From positions 188,760-252,759 of the forward strand of contig CAWEWE010000004.1 of NCBI GenBank assembly GCA_963812745.1: a stretch of 64,000 nt of DNA, written 5' to 3'. This document shows, piece after piece, positions 1-11,521 of the stretch. Under the pieces are notes generated by a model. It was not told the origin of the DNA and ran no database searches. It saw nothing but the letters and a program-made list of their open reading frames with translations. Numbering within the stretch: position 1 is the stretch's first letter; every line of letters starts with the position of its first letter. Position numbers and translations under genes: made by a program. Origin of the DNA: an uncultured Chloroflexia bacterium. GTDB lineage: Bacteria; Chloroflexota; Limnocylindria; Limnocylindrales; CSP1-4.

Positions 1-1663
1 ACCGCGACGCGGGTCTGTCGCAACGCATCGAGGTACGCATCGTTCTGGTTCAGGAGGAGGTGCCAGAACAGGAACGTGGCGAGCCCGAACAGCCCGGCCC
101 AGACGAGCTTGCTCCAGTCGAAGACCGTGGCGCCGTCCATGAACGTGATCGGGATCATCGCGTAGAAGAGCCCCTCGATACCCGCGACGAAGATCGTCAC
201 CAGGGCAGCCTGGAGCAGGACGAGCCACCACGCCCCTTCGGTCTCGGCGATCGGCCGCACGGCCGGGATGGCCGCCCACGCGAGCAGACTCGCGGCCAGC
301 AATGCCAACGCCGGCAGGATGACCAGGGTCGCCGACTGACGGCGGTCGAGCACGACGGTCCCGGCGATCACGCTCGAGGCCACGAAGCCGTACAGGATCC
401 CCGGCTGGAAGTCCATGAGCCGGGTGAGTCCCACACACACCAGCGCGATCGCGACGGCCGCCACATACAGGCGCACCGACGCAGGCGCCCGCATGCGTCT
501 TGAAGCGAGCAGCGCGCCGCCACCCTCGGACAGGAAGGTCACGAAGCCCACGCCGAGGATGATCGAGCCGAAGAGCAGGACGCTCGTCGCGTCGAGCCCG
601 AAGTCGGGTGACAGGAACCCGTAGACGAGCCCGGTGATGCCGAGGATCGCTGCGATTCGAATCGGGCGCGCCACGAAGCGCCGACCGGGCAGTCGCCCCA
701 CCACGCTACCGACTGCATGCCCTGGCGCGGCGACCGGTCGGAGGTGTCGCGCCGCGGCCGCCACCCAACCGTCGATCTCCTCGCGGTTTGACTTGATCGT
801 GCTGTTGAACAGGGAGGAGGTCAGCCCGAACGTGATGACGACGACGACCGTCAGGAAGAGGTTCGTGCCGAGGACCCCGAGGTCGGTCGACAGCGACGCT
901 GGACCCACCACCTCGGCGGTAAGCGCCGGGAGCGGGACGTGCTCGAACGAGGCGGCGATCGCGCCAAACGCGTCAGCGCTGGCAGCGTCGACCGGCCTGG
1001 GGCTGCCGACCGCACCGAGGACGGCGCCGGTCAACGTGGGGCTCGGTGTCGGCGTCGCGGCTGCAGGAGCCACGACCGGGGTCGGGGTCGGGGTCGGCGT
1101 CGGCGTCGGTGAGGGCGAGGGCGTCGGGCTCGGTGTCGGGCTCGGCGTCGGGCTGGGCGACGGTGTCGGGGTCGGGGTTGGGGTGTGTACCGGCGCAGCC
1201 GTCGGCTTCGCGGTCGGCTTCGGCGTGGGCTTCGCGGTCGGCTTCGGCGTGGGCTTTGCCGTCGGTTTGGGCGTGGGGGTCGGTGGAGGTGGCGGCGGAT
1301 CGATGATGTAGACGTCCCTGGCGGCGTCCACGCAGGCACCGCTAACGTCGAGCCAGCACGCGTCGATGGCATGCCGGCCGACCGCGTCGGCGCCCGACGG
1401 CGGCGTGGCCGTCAGCGTGACCGTGCAGTTGGCGTCGAGCTTGGTGTCACCGAGCGGCTTGCCGTCCCACCCGAAGAGCACCGCGGCGCCGGCACAGCCT
1501 CGCCCGTCCGTCCGGTACGTCACATCGAACGCGTCGCCGGCCTGACCGCTGCTCGGCGACACCGACAGCGACGACGCCGCTCCTGCGACCCCGGCCACCG
1601 CGAAAACGAGCGCAACCGCGGCCGCTCCGGCCATCAACCGAGATCGTCCCCTCGGAGCAACCA
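1..1663 (-). CDS. Secreted/polytopic membrane protein, 3' end beyond window start. It has an N-terminal signal peptide and a small extracytoplasmic domain. A Pro/Thr/Lys-rich repeat linker is followed by a C-terminal multi-TM domain.
   Basis: Manual reverse-strand translation reads [28 protein letters not shown]... then a [30 protein letters not shown]...[14 protein letters not shown] linker, then multiple hydrophobic helices. The frame stays open to position 1. GC3 is high. The track omits it because it is edge-truncated. The start is either GTG at 1663 or ATG at 1633. Confidence 0.6.
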
Positions 1664-2189
1664 CACCAGACCCCACTGCACGTCCCTGGACCGAACGAGC
1701 AAACGCCTCGGGCGTGGGGCGCGTCAATCGTCAAGCCGACACCTCGGGATGGACGTTTGTCCATGTCCGCGGCGCGGCCGGTCGTCACGCGGGGCGGGGC
1801 AGCTCCCAGCCGGGCTCCGGCAAGATCACCCGGCGCGCGGTCTCCCCGTGTGTCTCCGCGAGGTGGGCGAAGAACCGCGCGCGTCGGTGCGAGACGATGC
1901 GGGGGTCCTTGCATGGACAACCGGCGGCCAGGCAACCGGATCGAGCCTCCCGATCCGATCTGGTCCTCGTCGTGGTCTCGTTCGTGTCCATGGTCCTTGC
2001 CTCTGCACCTTGTATGGCGCCGCGGCTCCGGTTTTCGTTCGATGTTCGACCCGGCGCCCGTACGAAGATGACGTCGGCTGGGGCGATTTCGTTGCAGCGA
2101 TACAGCACGTTGTCTGCCATCGGACACTCGACGCCACGCGCCGACGAACCGGGGCGTCCTGACCGGCATCAGATGATCGAACGCGCCGC

Positions 2190-2204
2190 AGGAGGGAGCC
2201 GATC
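2190..2204 (+). promoter_or_regulatory. Shine-Dalgarno-like AGGAGGGAG followed 6 nt later by in-frame ATC. This is a candidate non-canonical start for the sigma factor.
   Basis: Seen in sequence. No ATG, GTG or TTG lies in-frame between the stop at 2160 and ATG 2286, although conserved sigma-70 region-2 residues are encoded there. Confidence 0.3.
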
Positions 2205-2285
2205 TCACCCGCGACAGACCGCTCGCTCGTCGAACGGGCTCGCAACGGCGACCTCGACGCGTTCGAGGAGATCCTGCGTGTCCGG

Positions 2286-2753
2286 ATGGATGGCGTGTAT
2301 CGACTGAGTGTGGCGATCCTCGGCGACGAGGCCGACGCACGGGATGCTGCCCAGGAAACGTTCATCGCCGCGTGGCGGCAGATCCGCTCGGTGCGCGATC
2401 CCGCGAAGTTCGACGCGTGGCTCCAGCGGGTGGCTGTCAACGCTGCGCGGATGACGCATCGTGCGCGGCGCCGTCGAGGCGTCCGCGAGATCCCGCAGAG
2501 CCGGATGAGTACCCACGGCGTGGAAGCGCAGCCGACCGACGGTGCCGCCGCGGATGCCCGCGTGCTCGACGCGGCGCTGCGGACGCTCGATATCGACCAA
2601 CGGTCGATCCTCGTCCTCCACCACCTCGAGGGCCAGTCGGTCGCCGCGATCGCCGCGATGCTCGACATCCCGGTCGGCACCGTGAAGTCGCGGCTGCACA
2701 CGGCACGCAAGGCGCTGCAGGGCGCCATCGATGCCGAGGCGGCCGATCGATGA
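2286..2753 (+). CDS. ECF-type RNA polymerase sigma factor (sigma-70 family regions 2 and 4)
   Basis: Region 2 motif RLSVAILGDEADARDAAQETFIAAWRQI and region 4 motif SVAAIAAMLDIPVGTVKSRLHTARKAL. The conserved N-terminus (TDRSLVERARNGDLDAFEEIL) lies in-frame upstream of the first ATG, so the true start is probably upstream (see finding). Confidence 0.85.
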   Translation: MDGVYRLSVAILGDEADARDAAQETFIAAWRQIRSVRDPAKFDAWLQRVAVNAARMTHRARRRRGVREIPQSRMSTHGVEAQPTDGAAADARVLDAALRTLDIDQRSILVLHHLEGQSVAAIAAMLDIPVGTVKSRLHTARKALQGAIDAEAADR

Positions 2754-4810
2754 CGTTGCCGACCGTTTCGCGCGAGCCCTGGGACGACCGTCGACTCGAG
2801 GCTGCATTCGCGATGCGCGCGTCGACCGTTCCGAGACCGCGGGAGCTCGTCGACGAGACCCTCGACCGCGTCCGGACGGCGCCGCGACCAGCACCGCCGT
2901 GGCAACGCTGGCTGCCAGCCGCCGCGGTCATCGTGCTCGCCATCGGCGTAGCTGCAGGTGGCCTCGCGCTCACAGACCAGGTTCGTGGCCGCGCGTTGTT
3001 CCGGCCCGGCCCGACGGCCGACCTGAGAACGCTCGATACCGGCGAGTTCGCCTTCGATTACCCGGCTTCATGGCTCGCGTACGACGCGTCGGCCTCATCC
3101 AGCGGAGGCTCTTCGACTGCAGTCCTCGGCACGCTGCCGGTCGAGCGTCGATGCGGCGACGAGCGCCACGTCGATATCAACTGCGTCTACCAGCAGCGGC
3201 TCGAACCAGGTCATGTCCGACTGGACGTGGGCACCGGTACCTATCGGGGTGGCACGATCCAGGACCTCCCGATCAACGACCTCCCGATCAACGAGATCGG
3301 CAGGATCACGCGCGTCGAAGTCGGGGGCATGCCGGCTCTCTTCGTCGAGTCCGATGGCTCGCCGGACTCCTACTACCGCGAGGACAAGACCCTGCACTGG
3401 GAGATCGCTCGTCCGGGGACGGACGGCTCGAGCGTCGTGGAACTCGAGGCGCGACTGACGGAGCCCGGCGTCGCCGAAGGCCTTGCACAGCTCGAAGCGC
3501 TGATCGCGAGTTTCCGGTTCACGAACGGCCCCGACCCGTCCACACCGCCGACGCCCGAGCCGACGCCGACCGAGACAGCGCCCCGCCTCGCCGACCTCCG
3601 GGTGACGACCGTCGAGGAACTGCTTGCCGCCGCCGAGTCGCCGACCCCTGAGGAGATCATCGTCCATGGCTGGCTGACTCAGACGAACGTGGTCCGTAGC
3701 TGCCCCCTGGTGCTCGACCCCCGGCATCCACTCGTCCGGTCTTGCGAACAGCTCGGGCTGACCCTGACCGATCAGCAGGTTCCGATCGATCGGGGCTTCG
3801 TCACTTGCCGGCCGAACGCACGGTGCGCATGGGTACCGCCTGCTCAGCCCATCCCGGTCATCGTGCCGCTGCTGGGCATCGACGCAAACGTTGGTGTTTC
3901 GACCCTTCCTGGCAGCTCGATCAAGGTCCTAGCCATCGGACACCTCCTCGACCACCGATGGACCACGTGTCCGGAGCGTGACCAAGCCGAATGCAAGTCG
4001 AGGTTCGTGATCGATCGGGTCATAGCAGCGGATCAGCCCATCGCCGATGACCTGCCGGATCCGTGGGCCATCCCGAGTAACCATTCACTGGACGGCGCCG
4101 GAAATTCCGTCGAGGTCCTGCGGTCGGTGCTTGGTGGGATCACTGTGGTGTCGATCGGCGTCGCAGATGCAGAGCCGTTGCGCTCGATCGAGCCGAGCGG
4201 GGAAAACATCAACAACGGTGAGGGAGCATGGGTGATCCGGGCGCTGGTGGCCGGCGACGCTCAGCCGATCGCTCGGACGTTCCTGATCGGCCATATCGGT
4301 TGGTGGACAGTGTTCGAGGTGACCGAGGAGGGTCTCGTCGACCGCAGCCCGCCTGTGGAGGGCGTGCCGACTGCCGTCCCGAGCGACGACCCACACCGGA
4401 CGTTCCCGCCGGCAGGTTCGATCGTCGTGTCCCTGGCCAAGGACGGCGGGTTCGAGCTGCCGAAGTTCCGCGCCGCGCTCGTCGATCTGAGTGGCCGCGT
4501 CACCGCGGTTCGCGCGCCGAGGCCCGATGAACCGCGCCTGATCGATCGTGTCGGACAAGGACCCGCCTTCCTGATGCCTGATCCGGCGGTGCCTGGTCGC
4601 TATCAGCTGGTGTGGACGGGCGGTATGTGCGATGGCGAGACCGTCATCACGATCGATGACGACCTCCGGACGGTCAGCGTCGAGGCGGCCCAGGTCGGCG
4701 GTTGCGATGCCATCGGCGTCGAGCGTCGCCTGGTGATCGATATCGACGGCCCTATCGATCCCGCCGCCGTGGAGGTGCGCTACACCGAGACGAGCGCAGG
4801 CGCCTCGTAA
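2750..4810 (+). CDS. Anti-sigma-factor-like membrane protein with a short cytoplasmic N-terminus, one TM helix and an extracytoplasmic domain of roughly 600 aa
   Basis: ATG at 2750 overlaps the sigma stop (ATGA), indicating translational coupling. TM segment WLPAAAVIVLAIGVAAGGLAL. A PTPEPTPTETAP linker follows. Confidence 0.6.
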   Translation: MTLPTVSREPWDDRRLEAAFAMRASTVPRPRELVDETLDRVRTAPRPAPPWQRWLPAAAVIVLAIGVAAGGLALTDQVRGRALFRPGPTADLRTLDTGEFAFDYPASWLAYDASASSSGGSSTAVLGTLPVERRCGDERHVDINCVYQQRLEPGHVRLDVGTGTYRGGTIQDLPINDLPINEIGRITRVEVGGMPALFVESDGSPDSYYREDKTLHWEIARPGTDGSSVVELEARLTEPGVAEGLAQLEALIASFRFTNGPDPSTPPTPEPTPTETAPRLADLRVTTVEELLAAAESPTPEEIIVHGWLTQTNVVRSCPLVLDPRHPLVRSCEQLGLTLTDQQVPIDRGFVTCRPNARCAWVPPAQPIPVIVPLLGIDANVGVSTLPGSSIKVLAIGHLLDHRWTTCPERDQAECKSRFVIDRVIAADQPIADDLPDPWAIPSNHSLDGAGNSVEVLRSVLGGITVVSIGVADAEPLRSIEPSGENINNGEGAWVIRALVAGDAQPIARTFLIGHIGWWTVFEVTEEGLVDRSPPVEGVPTAVPSDDPHRTFPPAGSIVVSLAKDGGFELPKFRAALVDLSGRVTAVRAPRPDEPRLIDRVGQGPAFLMPDPAVPGRYQLVWTGGMCDGETVITIDDDLRTVSVEAAQVGGCDAIGVERRLVIDIDGPIDPAAVEVRYTETSAGAS

Positions 4811-6156
4811 GCGACCCTGCCGCCGGCCATCGTCAACAGCACCCGGCCGGGCAGGTCCATCCCGAGCAGCGGCGTGTTCTTGCCCTTCGATTCGAGCGCG
4901 TCCGCCGAAACCGTCCAGCGCTCCGAGCGATCGAAGACCACGAGATCGGCGGGCGAGCCCTCGACCAGCCCGCGAGTCTGACCCAGCACCGCCGCCGGAC
5001 CGACCGTCAGCGCCGCGATCGCCCGGCCGAGCGTGAGCTGACCGGCATCGACCGCCGCGAGCACCAGGCCGAGCGCGGTCTCGATGCCGCTGATCCCGTT
5101 GGCCGCCAGCCCGAACTCGACCGCCTTGTCAACCTCGGTGTGTGGCGCATGGTCGGTCGCGATCGCGTCGACGGTGCCGTCGGCAAGCGCGCCGAGACAG
5201 GCGAGCGCGTCGGCCGGCGTTCGCAACGGGGGGTTCACGCGGAGCGCAGATGCATATGGCGAGGCGGTGATCACGTCGTCCTGCCACGGATCGCCGTCTG
5301 GGCCGGCATCCCACGAGAACCGCCGCGCACCGGCGACCCATTCGTCGGTGAGCGCCAGGTGATGTGGCGTGACGTCGCAGGTGACCGGCAGGCCGGACGC
5401 CTTCGCCCGCCGGATGAGCTCGAGTGCACCGGCCGTCGAGACGTGGGTCAGGTGGAGTCGAGCGCCCTGCACGTCGCGGTGCACATCCGCGAGGATCGCG
5501 ATGTCCCGCCCGACCGCCGAGTCCTCGGCCGAGGAGGGCCAGCCGCGCAGGCCGAGCACGGTCGCGACGAACCCGTCGTTCGCCTCGGCCCCGTCGGTCA
5601 GCGTCGGGTCCTCGGGGTGGTCGACGATCGGTATGCCAAACGAGCCCGCGTACGCGAGCGCATTTCGGAGGATCGCCGCGGATCGGATCGGCGCGCCGTC
5701 GTCGGAGAACCCGACAACGCCCGCGTCAGCAAGCTCGCCCAGGGCGGCCAGGGTCTCCCCCATCCGGCCGGTCGACACCGCACCGTGCGCCAGGAGCTCG
5801 ACCGGCGATCCGGACGCCGCGGCCGCGCCGCGGATGGCCGCCAGCACCCCGGGCTCGTCGAGGGCCGGCGTCGTGTTGGGCATCGCGCAGACCGTCGTGA
5901 AACCACCATGCGCGGCGGCCGCGAGACCCGTCGCGACGGTCTCGGCGTCTTCGTTGCCGGGCTCACGCAGGTGTGCGTGGAGATCGATGAACCCGGGCGC
6001 GACCACCACGCCTTGGGCGTCGATCCCATCCGCGTCGGCACCCTCGAGCCAAGTCACCGCCTCGAGGAAACCGTCCCGGACGACGATCTCGCCAGGCCCC
6101 TCGCGACCCGACGCGGGATCGACCACCCAGACTCGGCTCAGGTCGAGGTCGGTCAT
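4780..6156 (-). CDS. pyrC: Dihydroorotase
   Basis: GFIDLHAHLREPG metal-binding motif, ...ATDHAPH..., length typical. The track ORF uses TTG at 6183; ATG at 6156 (MTDLDL) is the alternative start. Confidence 0.88.
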   Translation of the reverse strand: MTDLDLSRVWVVDPASGREGPGEIVVRDGFLEAVTWLEGADADGIDAQGVVVAPGFIDLHAHLREPGNEDAETVATGLAAAAHGGFTTVCAMPNTTPALDEPGVLAAIRGAAAASGSPVELLAHGAVSTGRMGETLAALGELADAGVVGFSDDGAPIRSAAILRNALAYAGSFGIPIVDHPEDPTLTDGAEANDGFVATVLGLRGWPSSAEDSAVGRDIAILADVHRDVQGARLHLTHVSTAGALELIRRAKASGLPVTCDVTPHHLALTDEWVAGARRFSWDAGPDGDPWQDDVITASPYASALRVNPPLRTPADALACLGALADGTVDAIATDHAPHTEVDKAVEFGLAANGISGIETALGLVLAAVDAGQLTLGRAIAALTVGPAAVLGQTRGLVEGSPADLVVFDRSERWTVSADALESKGKNTPLLGMDLPGRVLLTMAGGRVAYEAPALVSV

Positions 6157-6319
6157 CGGCCAGCGTTGCGCCAGACGTGACAAGGAGCACCCAAGCGCTC
6201 GGACTCGCGCGGTCGTCCGCCATCCGTTGCATTCAGCGTTGCGATCGACGAACGAAGGGCGATTCGGGCATGGCGCATCACCGTTCGATCGTCACTTGTC
6301 ACTTGGGACGCAACGCGGC

Positions 6320-7954
<1,635 letters not shown>

Positions 7955-8010
7955 ACGCGGGCGGCATCACGGTGCCGCAGCCGAAGGGTCAACAGGAAGG
8001 ATACAGCGGG

Positions 8011-8568
8011 CTAGTACACGTACACCGTGACGTCGGTGATGCCGCTCCACGATGGGCAACCGCAGATCTTGAAGAAGTCGGGCCGGTACAGGTCGACGAT
8101 CCGGCGCTCCAGCTGCGGGCCGTAGTCGTTCACGACCCGTTCGATGCAGCCCGCTGCGCCGCAGATGATCACGACGGTGCCGCGTGGCAGACGCATCGCG
8201 GTGGTGCCGTGATCGTAGAACGTGGCCTCGCCCTTGAGCGTGTATTTCTCGGGCTTGCGGTCGGATCGTGCCCCGCTGTCGGGCTGGTCGACCGAGGCAC
8301 GACCGAGTGGGCCTGTCTCCGGCGTCTCGCCCGGTTCGAAGAAGGTCGTCTCGGCATCGACGACGCCCACGGAACGGTACGCGCCATCAAGCCCGGCGAT
8401 CTCGATGAGCGATCGCTCGGCGGACGCGGGGATCGAGTACGGCTGGAATGCTCCGGCCGGGACGGGCTCCACGGCGCTGGGGACGCGGGAGCCGGCCAGG
8501 CCCGGCAGCGAGACCAGGGCGAGGGCGGTGCTGATCACCGACCCTACGACCAACCATCTCGGTCGCAC
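8011..8568 (-). CDS. Secreted RlpA-like double-psi beta-barrel (septal ring lytic transglycosylase RlpA family) protein
   Basis: Signal peptide MRPRWLVVGSVISTALALVSLPGLAG. The C-terminal GEATFYDHGTTAMRLPRGTVVIICGAAGCIERVVNDYGP...RIVDLYRPDF matches the RlpA/DPBB pattern. Confidence 0.55.
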   Translation of the reverse strand: MRPRWLVVGSVISTALALVSLPGLAGSRVPSAVEPVPAGAFQPYSIPASAERSLIEIAGLDGAYRSVGVVDAETTFFEPGETPETGPLGRASVDQPDSGARSDRKPEKYTLKGEATFYDHGTTAMRLPRGTVVIICGAAGCIERVVNDYGPQLERRIVDLYRPDFFKICGCPSWSGITDVTVYVY

Positions 8569-8649
8569 GATAAGGCGGGAACCATACGCCGCCGGACCGC
8601 CCCGTGCAAAGCCCCTGGCGCCAACACCGCCGCCGTCTGGGCGCAGGGC

Positions 8650-8937
8650 TCAGGGCAGCCGGCGGATGACCGTGGCCCGGAAGGAGCCCGCTAGGAGCTC
8701 GAGCACCGGGTCATAAGCACCGGCGGCCATGGCCTCCCCGAGATGCGTCGTCCGTGCTTCAGGCGACTCCCAGTCGGCGATGTCGATGAGGACGTCAGGG
8801 TCGTCGAGCGACTCGTAGTACGTGCTCCCGTGGTAGCCACTCGGCCGATCGCGTGTGGCGAGCTGCTCGATGAGCGATCGCAACTCGTCCCGCCGCCCTG
8901 GGTTGGCCTTCAGCTCGACGATGACCTTGACCGCCAT
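8650..8937 (-). CDS. Antibiotic biosynthesis monooxygenase (ABM) domain protein
   Basis: A 95-aa protein MAVKVIVELKANPGRRDELRSLIEQLATRDRPSGYHGSTYYESLDDPDVLIDIADWESPEA... with GGAGGAG SD just upstream. The long N-terminal extension in the track ORF is Arg-rich junk. Confidence 0.6.
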   Translation of the reverse strand: MAVKVIVELKANPGRRDELRSLIEQLATRDRPSGYHGSTYYESLDDPDVLIDIADWESPEARTTHLGEAMAAGAYDPVLELLAGSFRATVIRRLP

Positions 8938-9010
8938 GGCACTCCTCCTGCCAGGACCCCGATCGGGCCGAGCCCCGGCGATGCCGGGAGGCGATCGTAG
9001 CGAAACGGCG

Positions 9011-10735
9011 TCAGCGGATGACGACGATGTCGTCGCCTGGACCGCTCTCGACGATGCCCACGCCGTCTTCCGACCACGCGGCGATCTGGATGCGACTGCC
9101 CTCGCCGCCCTCGCCCGGCGGCGATGCCCATGCGAGGCGGCCCTCGCCCATCGAGAAGCCTGGGAGCGCGGATTCCTGGACGGGTGCACCGTCCACGCGC
9201 TCGAGGCGGCCGTTGGCCTGATCCACGTGGTACAGCGTCAGCTTCCCGACGCTCGACTCGGGCTTCTCGGCGACCCACACGGCGACCCATTCGCCCGCCT
9301 CGTCCCAGCGCACGTCGAAGTCTCCCGCGGCCGCATCGGCCACGACGCGGGATCGCTCCGATCCCGTGGCGTCGCGCGGCCCCGTATCGGTCCATCGCCG
9401 CAGCTCGAGCGTCCCGTTCGCCGGCGCCCACGTCGTATCTGCACGCTCGACCGAGCCATCCCAGGCGATCGCGAAGCGACCGGTCGGGTCGACGACGGGT
9501 CGCCACAGGTCGCCGGCCTCGGCCTCCGCCCGTGTCGCCGGATCGATCCTGACCGACACGGGACGGGCGTCGTCCGATCCCGGTTCGCTCGGCCGACTGG
9601 CGATCATCTCGTTCCCGGACCACGAGGCGAAATACGACATGCCGTCGTCGGTGGCCTTCACGGCTTGCTCGTCACCGACGCGCCAGACATACACGTCCGC
9701 ACCGCCTGACCCGCCCGCCGAACGGGCTGTGAAGGCGAACCACGAGCCATCGGCCGAGAACGCCGCCGACTCGCCGACGACTTCGATCCCACTCGCGATC
9801 GCCACGTTCGCGGCCATGGTCGGTTCAGGGCTCAGCGTCGGGCTGGCCGAGGGTTCGACGGACGCGGCGACGCTCGTGCTGGCCGACGGCTCGCTGGACG
9901 CCGTGACGACCGGCGATGCGCTCGGCGTCGCCGGTACGGGTGTCTCGGCCGGCGGCTTCGCTGATGGGGCTGGTGTCTGGTCGGGCTCCGGGAGCGCCAC
10001 GACGACGACGTCGTCGCCTGCTGTCGCGCTCTTCGCGATGGCGACCGCTTGCCGGCGGGTCGGGGAGCCGACGATCGTCTTCGTCGCGCCCTTGAAGGCC
10101 ATCGCGCTATCCCTGTCGGTCTCGAGGGTCGGACAGCCCGCAGACGCCTTGACGGGGCAGACCTCGTTCACCCTCGCGGTGACGACACCGGCATTCGGAC
10201 CCTGGTCGATCCAGCCGACGGCGCCGGCATCGACTGCGAAGGGCGTCGCTTCTACCCCGGTCGGTACGGCTGCCACGCTCGTCCCCGGCGGCAGCTCGAT
10301 GCCATCATCGCCTTTCACCCCATTTCCGGTGTCGTCATAGAACAGGATGGTCCCGGACAGCAGGGTTACCCCGACAGCGATCGCAACGACGACGATCCCC
10401 GACATGGCCCCGACCGGCACGCTCCGTCGGGCCGGACCGGCCGCGTCCCCGGCCCCGCCCGAGGCCTCCGCCTCGATGGCTGCCGCGGTCCGCGCCCACA
10501 GATCGCGCGGTGGCTCCGGCAGCTGGTCGCGCAATGCCCGCAGCGCGACTCGATCGTCCTCGAACGCAGCGGCGATGGCGGCGCACGACGGACAACCGGC
10601 GAGGTGCTCGTCGAGCCAGGTCGATTCCGTGAGGCCCAGTGGGCCGTCGAGGCGCTCCGCGAGCCGGGTCCGGGCATGGGCGTGCTCGTCGGACCAGCGA
10701 TCCTGCCGCCGACGGAGGTGCGGGAAGCGGCTCAT
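9011..10735 (-). CDS. Zinc-finger (ZAS-type HxxxCxxC) anti-sigma factor with a TM helix and a large extracytoplasmic domain
   Basis: N-terminus ...WLDEHLAGCPSCAAIAAAF contains the H-x3-C-x2-C motif. TM segment GIVVVAIAVGVTLLSGTILFY. An Ala/Ser/Pro-rich linker follows. It overlaps the upstream sigma gene stop by 4 nt. Confidence 0.7.
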   Translation of the reverse strand: MSRFPHLRRRQDRWSDEHAHARTRLAERLDGPLGLTESTWLDEHLAGCPSCAAIAAAFEDDRVALRALRDQLPEPPRDLWARTAAAIEAEASGGAGDAAGPARRSVPVGAMSGIVVVAIAVGVTLLSGTILFYDDTGNGVKGDDGIELPPGTSVAAVPTGVEATPFAVDAGAVGWIDQGPNAGVVTARVNEVCPVKASAGCPTLETDRDSAMAFKGATKTIVGSPTRRQAVAIAKSATAGDDVVVVALPEPDQTPAPSAKPPAETPVPATPSASPVVTASSEPSASTSVAASVEPSASPTLSPEPTMAANVAIASGIEVVGESAAFSADGSWFAFTARSAGGSGGADVYVWRVGDEQAVKATDDGMSYFASWSGNEMIASRPSEPGSDDARPVSVRIDPATRAEAEAGDLWRPVVDPTGRFAIAWDGSVERADTTWAPANGTLELRRWTDTGPRDATGSERSRVVADAAAGDFDVRWDEAGEWVAVWVAEKPESSVGKLTLYHVDQANGRLERVDGAPVQESALPGFSMGEGRLAWASPPGEGGEGSRIQIAAWSEDGVGIVESGPGDDIVVIR

Positions 10736-11322
10736 CGATCGACCTCGGCCGGGCGGCCGTGGTCACGGCCAGCATCCCGGGCGGCCTCGGCGGCGGCGTC
10801 CGCGTCACGCTCCGCGGCGAGTGCCTGGCGCAGGGATTCGCGCGCGCGTGTCAGCAGCGCCCGCGCCGCCACGTGGCTGACGCCCAGGGCGGCTGCCAAC
10901 TCGAGACCGGTCAGGTCGTGCAGCTCGGCTAGCAGGAGCGCGGCCCGCTGGCGCTCGGGGATCCGGGCCAGGGCACGCTGCAAGTCGCCGGATAGTCGGG
11001 CGTCCATGACGAGATGCTCAGCCGACGGCGCCGACCCCTTCGACTCGCCGGTCCACGGCAGGAACCGGACGATCTTGCGCCGGCGGATCTCGTCGAGGGC
11101 CACGCGGTGGGCGATCTGGTACAGCCACGCCCGCGCGTTCTCGGGCTTCTCGAGCGTGTCGTAGTTCTTGTACGCCTTGATGAAGGCGTCCTGGGTCATG
11201 TCGGCCGCGACCTCCGGATCGCGCATCATCCGGAAGAGGTACGCGTAGATCTCGCCGTGGTGCTTGGCGAAGATCTCCTCGACGAAGCTGCCCGCCTCGT
11301 CGCGATCCCAGATGCCGCTCAT
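10732..11322 (-). CDS. ECF-type RNA polymerase sigma factor
   Basis: Region 2 motif EEIFAKHHGEIYAYLFRMMRDPEVAADMTQDAFIKAYKNYD and region 4 motif LTGLELAAALGVSHVAARALLTRARESL. The likely start is MSGIWDRD at 11322. The track ORF extends upstream through non-coding-looking sequence. Confidence 0.8.
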   Translation of the reverse strand: MSGIWDRDEAGSFVEEIFAKHHGEIYAYLFRMMRDPEVAADMTQDAFIKAYKNYDTLEKPENARAWLYQIAHRVALDEIRRRKIVRFLPWTGESKGSAPSAEHLVMDARLSGDLQRALARIPERQRAALLLAELHDLTGLELAAALGVSHVAARALLTRARESLRQALAAERDADAAAEAARDAGRDHGRPAEVDR

Positions 11323-11521
11323 CGGGCGACCTCGATCGGCACCGCGAACGGCGGTTCGGCCGAATGGATCGCGTAGCTGTGCGGTTGACGGGTCGAAGGG
11401 CACGGCGGCTCCGGGCGGATGGGATCCTCGAGCACACGGAGTGGGCAGCGCACGCTCGATGCGCCAGAGACGAGGCATCTCCCCCACATGTGACGCCCGG
11501 CGCCATCGGGCAAGGCCCACA

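Noticed and set aside
634-1311. A plus-strand ORF encoding a [16 protein letters not shown] repeat protein
   Set aside because: It is the antisense shadow of the Pro/Thr/Lys repeat linker of the minus-strand membrane protein. The minus-strand frame gives a coherent signal peptide, linker and TM architecture.
2372-2749. The N-terminal 126 codons of the 812-aa track ORF 2372..4810
   Set aside because: This Arg-rich stretch overlaps the sigma factor gene in another frame. The real anti-sigma-like gene starts at ATG 2750, coupled to the sigma stop.
11323-11521. An ECF-type autoregulatory promoter (GGAAC-N17-GTT) upstream of the second sigma gene
   Set aside because: Only a weak GAACC..CGATC arrangement was found, and no convincing -35/-10 pair.
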